Part shown: positions 48,501 through 60,500 of the stretch, piece by piece
Numbering within the stretch: the first letter of the stretch is position 1
Layout: each line of letters begins with the position of its first letter
NCBI GenBank assembly: GCA_020632475.1
Contig: JACKFM010000001.1
Span: 272,125-336,124, forward strand
Reading direction: 5' to 3'
DNA length: 64,000 nt
Origin: Candidatus Omnitrophota bacterium
GTDB lineage: Bacteria > Omnitrophota > Omnitrophia > Omnitrophales > Aquincolibacteriaceae
The notes under the pieces: generated by a model
Databases searched by the model: none
What the model saw: the letters and a program-made list of their open reading frames with translations, nothing else
Told to the model about the DNA's origin: nothing
Translations under genes and position numbers: made by a program

Positions 48501-51500
48501 ATGTAATTAAAAAATGGCAGATGGATGAGGCGGAGGCCTTTCGTGAAATCAGAGAAATTCGCGGCATTCTTGAAACACTGGATTTTCTAGTGGATCTTCT
48601 CGTGAGCGGAGCACAGGGACGCGTCCGTCCTGAAGAAATGCCTCTGGATGTGATTGGGCAGCAACGGCTCGGCCTTTTGCGCAAATATGCTTTAAATGAT
48701 GCGCGCAACCGTAAAGCCTATTCGCAAAATGTATTTCATGCGAAGGCGGCTGAGATGGCTAATCCTGTCATTGTCGGTTTAGATGTGATCGGAATGGGGC
48801 CCATGAATTATGAGGCCTTTGACGGCGAATTGCAGCAGATCGACAAGCAATTGAAATCCGGAAATCCCGTGACCGATGCAGAGGTTCAGGCGATTCAAAG
48901 ACAGGCGGCCGACTCGGTGACGCTCAGGCGTGACCATATCCTGGATGAAATCCGTGATCAATTACAGGAAACCTACCGTGAAGTTAATCTGACACCACCG
49001 GGTGAGTTGATTGCACGCATTGGCGGAGATGAAGTGGTCTTTGTGGGAGATAGTTCGGTTTTGCACGGGGCTGTGCTGGACCGGTTTCTAACCGGATTGC
49101 GTGAGAGGATTCGCTCGAATCTGGGTATTCATGTGCGCATTGCGGCTGATTCTTTGATCCAGGACTACCGCCGGCGTTTCACTCGGACAACGCGTTCGGA
49201 TCCGAAGATGATGGCCCATGCCCGGGCGCTCAGTCTTCAGGACACGAATGTCAATCATGTCCTCAAGCCGATGGAGAAGAAAGGCTTAACCGGAGAGTTG
49301 CATGGCCACGGCGGGGCGATCGTTGTGCGTGCCAAACGCTGGGGCTTGAACCGCTGGAACCGCGTCGTGGAAACCGATCAGGGTACGACCCGTATCGATG
49401 CCGAAGCGGAAATTATTTTAAGCAACTGGCATTTTAACCCGGGATTACTCACCACCAGGCGTACGGAACTGAGATCTTCTGCCAATGATTCTGAGGTCTA
49501 TCCGCAGCCGGTTGAATTTTTCACTCATCCATGGACACTTCAAGAAAGATGGCCGTTTGCGCCCAGTGCCTTACTGCGTTTTCCGGGCCAGTTGACCGCG
49601 CTAAAACGCAGCGTATTTCCGGCGCTTTTAAAAAGACAGGGCGATTCGAAAAAACTGAAAATGTCTTTTCTGGCGACCAACACCGGAGAGGAAATCGCCG
49701 GATATCTTTATGCCTTGTCATTAGCCTATGACGCGCATACCGAATGGGGACAGGCTGGAAAACTCGATCTTTCGATCGTCGCCAATGATTTGCACGCGGA
49801 TATTCTTGAAGAAGCCCAAAGGCGTCTTTCCGGAAAATCTCCTTTTGTTTTCAATGGCGATTTTATCGGCGGTGATCAGGAAGCGGAAATGACCATTTAT
49901 GAGCCGCTGCTCCGGCCGCTGCCGTCGTCGTTTGAACCCTTTCTTCGGGCAATTAATCCGATTAAATCTCGGATTCAAAAGTCTTTTTCTTTTATTTCCG
50001 GCAGTATGTTCCGCAGTTTTCGTCTGTTTAAGGCGATCGTCGGTTCGGACATTATTGTTTTAAATGCAGCGCCGATCCCTTCCTGGAAACCTCTCCTGTG
50101 GCTGTTCGGAAAAATATTAACACGCGGCGAAAGACCTCCCGTAATCATTACCACCAATCGGCAATTAGCCGAGGGTCTTTCCGGATATCAGGTGCTTGGA
50201 TTACGCGATCTGGGGTGGGCTGGTTCTTATCTTGCGATTCCTAAATGGCTGCAAGAGGATTTTGATATCGAGCCGTTAACTTCGATGATTTTGAATCGTG
50301 CAGAGTTGCGGGCTGCGAGCGATCAGACATTAAGGCAGCAGTTGTTAGGTGAACTGCATTCAGAACCGGATGCCCAAAACCCTGTTCTGCAGACCTTGTT
50401 TATGTTTGATGCTTTGAAGAGAGTGGTTCAGGGGGAACCTTCAGCGCGAAATCCTGTGTTTCAATTGAGATCCGATGATATTTTAAAAGCCATTTTGGGA
50501 AACCGTAAAGCCATTGAGGTTTTTGAAAATCCGGTAACTCAGGAGAATTTAAAACGTCTGGAAGGTTTGCCTTATCTTTATCGCCTGGCCGTCAACGGAA
50601 TTGCCACCGAGCCCGAGCATTACGGGCGCCTTTTTATCCGGGCAGGGGAATCCCGTCTGGCGCCTGAGGAATCCTTTCGTCAGGCACTTGAAATGGGCTT
50701 GAAAACTGTCAGCAGTGGGACGCCTCAGGAGATCCGGGATGAAAAACTGAAGAAGGTTAAAAGATTTCTGGATTATCACTTTTTGAAAGTTTTTCTGCGT
50801 TATTGGAACCGTGAATATGCCCCGTCGCTGCCGACCATGCTTGAAGGGGTTATCCCGGACACCGTGAAAAGAAATCAAATGCTGATGGCCAATATTACCC
50901 ATTTAAGCGGTGCGGTTTTGCAGGCTGTCTATGACGTTAATCATGAATATTTAAGTGCCCAGTACGGTGAGCCCGATTCAACCGGCAGTATTGTTCTGGC
51001 CGGTGCCAATGCCCGCGGCGAATATCCTACTTTTGATTATGATGCCGTAGTTCTTTATGAAAAAGACGGCCGCACTCCCGGAGGCCCCAGCGGGACTCTC
51101 TCCCATGCTGAATTTTATAACCGGCTTGCGGTATTAATCCGCCAAAGTTTTGAAGGCGATCCTCAATCGGGGTATGCGGGGATGGGCCGTGAAATGGACA
51201 GCCGGTATCAATATACAATTTTTAAATCATTTCTGAACGCTTGGGGTGTTGAAGAAAACCGGCCGATGTGGGCAGTGAGCATTAACCGTGCCGAGGCAGC
51301 GCTTAAAAGTTCTCAGCCGGTTGGTTTGATCCTTAGCTTTCTGGATCTTATGCCCGGTGCCGGTGACATGGACCTAGCCGAACGTTTTATCCAAAGCACG
51401 CAGGAATATCTCGCGGATGAAAAACATCTGTATACGGGCATGGCACAGACGCTGAGTGCCTATCAGTTTATGCGGCAAAAGACGGCAGAGACATCCCCGG

Positions 51501-54500
51501 TGCTGGATATCAAAGGCACTGCAGGCGGGCTGCGATCATTCCATTATTTTTTATGGTTTTTGCGCCTTTACCGCCGTTTGCTCTTTATGCGTGCCGGGCA
51601 ACCCAGGGCAGCTCAAAAACCCGCTTCCGGTTTGAATTTTCTGGATAATCTGACCGTGTTAGAACGGGAATTTTCCGGGACCTCTGTGCGTAATGAGTTG
51701 ACCGCTTATTATCTTTATTTGATCAATTTACGACTGACCATGGATCTTTTTTATGCGCGCAATAGCAAACAGCTTCCGACGGATTCTTTGGCCCTGGCTT
51801 ATTTTGCCTTTTACAATGCAACCCTTTATCGTCTGGCCGAAGGCGCCTCTCCTCTCGGTTTTGATCCTGCGCAAGCGCTGCCTCTTCAAGAAGAGTTTTT
51901 GAGGCAGTTGAAGCAGGTGATGACACGGATTGATGGTTTAATCGACGGTTTGATGAATGACCTTCTGTCCGGAAATTTTGATCAGGTCAATATGCATTTG
52001 TCCCAATGGCAGTCCTCACCGGAGTTAATTGATGCAGCGGATCTTCGGCAAACTGCTGCAAGTCTGGTGGAGACAAGCCGGGAGGAACTGGATCAGGCCG
52101 CTCAGAAGCATGTGGAGCAACTGGTTGAAGATCGCACAGGGCTATCTCCTCAAAAAATGATTATTTTTGTAACTGCTTTTTTGATGAGGACGCGGAACAT
52201 GACACAAGTTGCGGCGGAAAGAAGCGCTCTCTGGTATTCTGAGAACAGGCCTCGGGAGTTTGAACGAATGGCCCATAAAGAGGAAAAACATCGTAAAGCA
52301 GAATTGAGGAATGATACCGAGACTCTGGCTGGGGTGCGCGGTGAGATCGAACGTTGGGATGTCAATTACATCGTAAAGAAAAAACATTTTGGTCTGCAGC
52401 TTGGAAGGCGTTTGAATATGGCTTCGGGGCCCGGCAGCGTGCTTGAATTTGATTTTCTGAAACGCATGATGCGTTTAATGCTTCCGGAAGCGGAAGGCAT
52501 TTCTGCCGCCACACCTCCGGGCGGTACAATGCCGGATTATGTCAGGTCTCAAGAAGAGTTTGAACAAATGCTTGACGTTTTGGAACAGACGGGGATCTTA
52601 AAAGAGCCTGTCATCCCTCGCGGCGAATTTGAAACCGAATCGCAGCGGTTGATGCGTGCCAATAAAACATTAGCCGAAAATTTTGATTTTTTCAGCCGGA
52701 ATCACCTGCACGATATGACGCTGACCGATGACCGCAACCCGTTAGTCCGGGATTACAAAACACGTATACCGGAACATTATTTGCAATCCGAAAGAGCTTT
52801 TCAAACCGTGATTCCGCTGGTGCTGCTGATGTATGAAAGACGCTTTCCCGGAGAGGTTGAGACACAAACGCTCAAAGATCTGGATGATCATTTTGTTTTA
52901 CAAAAAAAGAAAACACTTCACTTTGACTGGGAACGCGGATTTTTCGAAGGGGAAAGTGAAGTGGTTGCCCTGAAGCCTTCAGAAGGTGCTGCTGTTCAGT
53001 TCTTTGCCGTTCACCCCGAATTAACTTTTAAAGCCTTTGAGTATGGAGTGCCGGATGTCAATATTCTTGAGGGCCTCAGGCTTAACCGGGATGCTTTTGA
53101 AAAGTGGATCCATTTACAGCGCGCCTCTCCGTCCGGTGTGGGCAGTGCAGGCTTTCAAGTGCTTGTGCAATCTTTTGTGCACCTCTTAGGAAAAGCTTCG
53201 GGTGATCAGCATGCCTTTTCGAAAACAATCTGGTATTTACACCGGTTTGGGCTATTAAATGCGTATATTCGTGAATATGAACCCGGAAAAATCGGCAATC
53301 TGATCGCTGATCCCGCTGTGCATGAGTTTACCACCGATCAGCACAGCCTTTATCATTTTGAAGTTCTGGATAAAATCGGTCCTGATGATCCGGCCGCGTT
53401 TAGTCTGATCCGTGATTTTTATTTAAAAATTGAGAATTCCCCTGAAGACTCCCATGAGCGAAAACTGCTGGCGGCATTGCGATTAAGCGTTTTTTTACAC
53501 GACTCCGCCAAGAGTTTCTTTTTTGCCGGTTCGGCCGATCATGCCATTCAGGCTGCACAAAATGCGGTTCCCCGTTATCTCAAAGAAATGGGCTTTGACG
53601 ATGAGACAATTGAAACCACCGCCTGGGTTGTTCGCAATCACATGGTTTTAAACAGCTATGCCTACAGGCGGCTTGTTGATCATCCCGAAGAAATCAGTGA
53701 TGCGGTGGAACGCATGGTCTGGGATCCCGGGATTACTCCCGAACGTTTGAGGCTGCTTTATCTCATATCCCTTTCGGATTATTTCTCGCTGCAGCCTCTC
53801 AAGGATTATCCTTCTTTAAATCCGCATTTTGAGTTGGGGTTACGGGTTCTTCCGGATGCCGAGTCTGAAGGGAAGTGGACTTCGCTGGAACGTATGCATC
53901 AGCTTTACCAGGCACTTGCCTCGATTGTAGGCGAGACGGATCCGGTTTCAAGAGAAGATAATATGGCTCGTATCCGCGCGTTAAGAACAAACGAAATGCA
54001 GAGTTTCTGGAACCGCTTTTTTGCCGAAACCGCTTCCCAGGTTCTAGAGCACCTGACCGAGGATGCTCTTTATGAGCGGTATTTAGCCGCGGCCCGGAAA
54101 GGGACGGGCGAAGTCCGGGAAAATGAAATCCGGAGGAATGCCGCCTATACTGTGGAGCATCTTTATCAGGACTATTTTTCTGAAATTTTGGATGATGGGG
54201 CCCGCACCCCCGAAATCCAGGCAGAGGTGCAACGAAGGGCTTCTTCAGAATTTGCACAGCTTTTTTATCGGGGCTACATTCAGTCTTTTGATGAAGGCTA
54301 TTTGAAAAATCTGACGCTTCAAGAACATCTTCGGAGGTATCTTTTCACCGTTCATTTGGATGTCCTGCGCAAGCGCGGTTATAAAAAACCCATCATTCTA
54401 TTTAATCCCGGTTTTGATAATGTTTCAGAACGTCAGCATGAGTTCATTATCGGGTTGACGACCGATGAACGAGGCGTTTTTGAAGATGTCACCGGGGTGC

Positions 54501-57500
54501 TGGCCTTGCATGAAGTAGATGTGCAGGGAGCCCGTTTTGTGCGCACCGGATCAGGGCTTATTGTTGACCGCATTTTTGGGTTCCGCCGTAACGGTGATGC
54601 CGAGATCGATACCCTGCGCCAGCGCATCTGGACAGATCTGGGCCGTATTTTTACGGATTACAACCGGCAGGACCATGCGGTTGAAATCTTTTACCGTGAA
54701 AAGGAAAAACCCTATCAATCCGTCCGTCCGCCGACACGGTTAAAACAGGATACTCACATACAGTGGTTTCATGACCGCAATACCGACGGTGAGGAGACCT
54801 CTGTTTTTACGGTTAAAACCACAGACCGGCCTGCGCTCCTTCATGTCATCGGCCGTATTTTGAATACCCGGGGTTATAGTGTGATTAAAGCACCGATCAC
54901 CACCTATGAGCCGTTTACCGACAATACGTTTTATATCAATAAAGACGGGACTTTTTTAAGTGATGCCGAAAAAGAAGCGCTTGAAAAACTGTTGGTTTCT
55001 ATCCTTGATCAACCCATCATCAACATTGCGGATATTAAAGGGGACAGGTCTTCAGCCCTGTCCCCTGACCAGGTACCTCCCAGCGCAGCTAATGACGCCG
55101 CGTCTGGACATTCCGAGTTACGAATTACCATGCATTCCGATGAGGCGGAGGTTGCGGCATGGATGGATGAGCTTGCAGCGGAGATTACAGATGCCGGTGA
55201 TCGTAAAGCCGCCGAGGCGTTTATTACTGTTTTTAGACAAAATCCCGAACTTGACCGTAGCGAAATATCCTATGAAGGCTGGCATCAGTTCGTTGGTGTT
55301 TCACGCGATGATGCCGGTACAAGCTATGCCCATATTCTTCTGGATGCCGCTGTTCATTTTCCGCGCAAATTAATCCGTGCCGCACTGGTGCATGAGGGAA
55401 CGCACATTTTGAATAAGGATCTGCAGGATGCGCAGCTTGCAGCCTTTTTAGCGGCACAACAAGAATGGGCTGCAATGACGGCCCGGGGCGGAGCTCAAAC
55501 GCAAGACGATGTGGACGTTCTTTTGGAACCGCTTGCAGACTCCATGGCGCTAACGATGGAAGACGAGTGGCGGGCCTATCAGGCCGGTGACCGTGTATTC
55601 TTGTCATCTCTTGACGGGTCGGTCGATGATTTTATTCAGGCACTGCCTCAGCCGGATGCACACGCCCCAAGAGTTGATCAGGCGAGGTATCTGATGATTC
55701 GTGGGTTGGTAGAAGATATTCGGGTGCGGTCAACGCAGCTCGAGACTTATGAACTTAAGACTAAAGCCACTGCTTTGCAGGGAATTCTTTCGATTGATAA
55801 CCTTTTAGCCTTAAACCAGGGATCGCGGGCAGAGCTGATCAATCTTTTTCTGATCATTGTGGCAACTAACGGCGAAGGCGCGAGGTATGTGACCTGGGAT
55901 CAAAGTCGTGAATATCTTCATCAGACGACCATTACTGATATTCAGGGTCTGACCCGATGGCTGCTTTCTCAGCCGCGTGCTCAGCAGATCGGTCAACTCA
56001 TCGCCCATTACACCAGGACGGAGTCGAGAGCTTATCTCAGTGATTCTGATTTTGTGACCCATGAAGCCATTGAAGAAAGCGGATATGGTCAGGAGCTGCG
56101 CCGTAAATTCACATCTGCTTTTGACCGGATTATGGCAGCAAGTGTTCCAGCGGCGTCGCAGGATCTGCATACCGGAATTAAGGCGGTACTTTATACCGCC
56201 TATGATAAAGCCCCTCAGATTTTCCTAAGCATTGATCCGAACATGGAAGCCCGGGCAGCACATGTCATTTATCTTTCTTCGGAAAGACAATTGATTCTGA
56301 AATTTCCATCGGTGGAAAAAGCGCGCGAAGCAGATGAGAATTTTCTGATCGGTGCGATCCTCTATGCTGCCGGCGTGCCGAGGACAGGGCATCCGTGGAA
56401 TATATGGACGTTTAATCCGAGGATTCGTGACAATACCTATAATATTCCAGCCGCAGGCGTTACTTACCGTGTGACAAACGATCTTTTGAATTCTCTTCAG
56501 CAGGTGATTGCTCAAAACATCCCGTCGGCTGCAGTGGGAACCTCAGCGTCGCCGGCTCCAAGGAGGAGATGGCAATTTCGCCGTGTAGCACCCAATGAGC
56601 GTGTGGACGTTCCTCCCCGTCAGAGGAGCGGCAGCCCTTTGCCAGCAGCTGTTCCACCGCGAGAATCTCCGGATGAAATTGAGGAAATCCGGTTTGTTAA
56701 TTTTCGGGGCAATGAGAATTGGCAGCAAAACGCTGAGAAAGTCATCCGTGAAGCATTCCGAGCCATTGCAAGAACGCCAACTGAGAGTTTGAGTGATCAG
56801 CGTCTTCAGGGTGTGCTTCAATTCATTCATGAGATGATGGAAATCCGCGGGACATCCAGTCATGTGGTTTTAGCGGTTGAACCGAATCTCACCGGTGTTG
56901 CCGGTGAGGTGGCTTCGCTCGGACGTCTCCCGGCTTTTTTTAGGATCATGCTTGATCGTGACGGTCAAAATAACGGGCAGAAGCGGTTCGCCCGCGGGCC
57001 AAGAGGGAATTTGTTTGATCAGAAGGTTTTTATTATGCATCTTCGAAAATGGCAGGTGCTTGCCTCAGCTGACGGCACTCCTGCAAATGACGTTCAAATT
57101 TATGACGGCATCAATGTCAGACAGAGCATTGCCACTCGCCCAGGAGAACAAATTATTAAGTTCGACCGTGATTTTCTGATCAAGGCCATGGTTCACTCTT
57201 TGCTGGATCAACAGCATTCCTATCCCTGGATCATGGCTGAAAAATATCCCCAGATTCAGTTTAATTCGGATACGAATGCGATTGTCCTTCCCGGAACAAG
57301 GCGGGTTTTTGTCCCGACACCGAGTGAAATCGTTCAAATCGTTGAACACATCATTCAATTTGCTAATCTTCACCCCGAATTGCGCGTGAGCAACGCAGAA
57401 GAGCTGATTGCCTATGCTCGTGATCATAGGGCCGCACCTGCCGAAAATGTGACGGATTTAGCGAATAAAATTGTGCGACTTGGTCTTGGATTTAGCGCGA

Positions 57501-60500
57501 CGACAAGAGATGATCAGACAATATCGGTCACACGTTATGCCCCGTCGTATCTAAGTTTCGAATTAACCGTGGCTGAGTTTAATGCAGGCATTGCTGTGGA
57601 CGACACGATTCCGGTAGCTCTTAATGCGCAGAGCTTTGCGCCTGTGGTTATTCCTCTTATGCAGCACATTGCCGGGCAGATGGATGCTGGACAAATTCCG
57701 GATTTTACGCAGTTTTTTGCCCTGGAACAACGTTTCTCGGATGCTCGCGGATGGCAAGAGGTTGCTCAAAAAATAAAAGACATTGTGACAACTGGAAAGG
57801 TTGAACGTATCACATCCCCAAAGAACAATGAAATCTTTATTGAAATGCTGCGCGTGCTAAATCACGATTGGTTGATCGATCACAATATGGTTATGGTTAG
57901 AGTAACAGGTGCACCTGCTGACAGAAACGGACAAGATGCTGTAAGCGCGGCTGAAACTTTAAGAGTTGCTGAGGTGATCGATAAACGGGTTAGAAAACTG
58001 GCGGGGCGGAATGTGCCTGTGTTAGTGGTTAACCGCGTTTTTGCACAAAATGAGATGCAACCCCTTGGCTATAATACGTCACTTGATTTGCAGGGGATGG
58101 TGATTCTTAATCAACCTCGTTTGAACACCGTGGCGTTAGCGCCTGGGACCTGGAGGAGTTCGATTGCTCCCCAAATGATTTCACATCCATATGGCCAAGC
58201 GCTAAGAAAAATTTATACTGGACATCGCAAGAGGTATGCCGAACGAGCTCCGTACTTTTTACTTTTTCAAAGAGAAAGAGCTTTAGAAGAGTACCGTCAC
58301 GCAATTGATCATTTTCGTATTGAAGATTCTATGGATCGACGCTTTTTTACCATTAGAACGGATTATCTTGATGAGTTTGAAAAAATAGCGATTCAACCGG
58401 AAGGGATTTTAAAGGGCATTCTGTCAGATCAATCATTGATTTCCAAAGCCGGGAAACCCAAATATCATTTTCAAAATGCCTTTTTTGAATTACAAGGGCA
58501 GATTGCACGCGGTGATCATGCTGAGGACCCTACCTTTTTATTGGCTTCATGGCTGCAGCGGTTGGCTTCACCTGTAACGGCTTCCTCTCATCATTATGAT
58601 GCAGCGTATTATGGTCTGTACTTAGCTATTTATTATGATTTCATCACACAAAGCGGTTCCGAATCGCTAAATCAAAGACCTCTCCTTGGTGAATTTCTGA
58701 CTTGGCAGCAAACCCTCATGCCGCAGCTGAGCCAGCAATTGACGCAATTCGTTAATGATCCTGAACGTTTCAGACAAGCTTTAAAAACGATTCACAAATA
58801 CGAATTCACCGGATCGCTTGAAGACCTCGGGGAAGACGTTCGAGTGCCGGAGCCTAATGCTTCGGAACCTTCCAGCGCAGCTAATGATGCTGCGTCTGGT
58901 CGAGCACCGGACGCCGATGCGTCGGTACTTCCAAGCGCAGCTAATGATGCTGCGTCTGGTCGAGCCGAACAGCGGTTTCAGGAAATGATGACGGATTTTG
59001 TTGCGCTTGTGCGTGAGAAGGATTTGATTCGTTCTGAACCGGAGGAAGGGAAGTATCAATTTGAAGAGCGAGGCGCAGGCGGTTTTCGTCTCTGGTCGGT
59101 CAGAGAGAATGGGGATTGGGCTGGAAGCGAGACATCAAACCAAGTGACAGAACTCATTTTTGATCAGCTGGAAAATGTGTTAACACTTAAAGTAACAGGT
59201 GGTGTGGATGGAGACATTGCCTATGAGTTTCGTCCTGACGGCGCGCGTTTCTATGCAGATCACAACAAAACCGGAGAATTTATAGCCCTGGACGCTAAAA
59301 ATCCGATTGTGAATTTTGGAGTTGATGAGCTAAATCGTATTTATTTGATTTATTCTGATGGCTTGATGAACGAATTTTTTGCTAAAGAAGGGCAGAGCCC
59401 TCTGGGAATTTATCCAAGCATCCTTGGAGGCGGGTTTTCTCTTCAAGATGTCAATACAGCGACGAGGTTTACGAGTCCGGATAGCCTTGTGAAGGTTAGT
59501 TTTCTTCATGAACCTTCTCAGGATAGAGACTGGGGGGATGAGATTTTTGTGATTGCAGATGTCAGTTTTGATGAAGAAACTTTCCCGAACGCTGAAAGCC
59601 GTAGCGAGTATCAGCAGCTTTTTAAAGCACATGATTTTCTCTCTGCGACCATTAAAAACCTTGAGCTGGATATTCTTGGGGCACCGATCTCGCAAATCCA
59701 CATCCGAAAAATTAATGATGAACTCAATTATCAAATAAGCCGCGTGACATTGACCAATATGACCGGTAAACAGGCCTCTTTTATTCTGAAACGGGGTTTT
59801 TCAAGTACGTTGAAAGATGAACAGGGGCTTGATGCTTATCAGAAAAAAAAGGATGGGTTGGTGGATCCTGATTTTAGAGGGTTTCCCCTTATAGGTGATT
59901 CGCGGCAGATTTCAGGTGGAGCCTATCACTTTTGGTCTGTTGAAGATTGGGGGGACCAACAGCCGGACAATGAGAGAGGTTTTGACTACTTTTTCCGTCT
60001 TTTTCGTGAGGGGTGGGAACCGCACATCGAGCAGTCTTTTGAATTGGATCGATTAAGAGTCGTTGAAAAAGATGGCCACCGGCATATTGTCCTTTCAGAC
60101 TATAATTATTTTAGGCAAGAGCGGCAGAAAACGCGGCTTTTTGCGACACGGTTGATTCAGGGTTTAATTCTAAATAATCACCAAGCAGGCGCTGATGTTT
60201 TATTGACATTAGGCGCTGTAGCCAGCCGCTATTTAAAAAAGGAACTGATTCAGGAGGTCTTCGATTCATATCGTACAGGCGAGTCACCGGTTCCGCCGGA
60301 ACATTTGCCTGCAATAGGGGATTTGAATGAGGTGATGCAGGATGCTCCAACGGCTGATTTGCTTGATGCTTCGGCAGCGGCTCCTGAAACCCCGCTGCCT
60401 GTACTTCCGCATCCGGTTGCGGTGATCAAGAGTGCTCTTGAAGAGCTGGAACGTGAATTTCCGCGTATCCAGGAATTAAGACAGGAATTTGTACGCCTTA

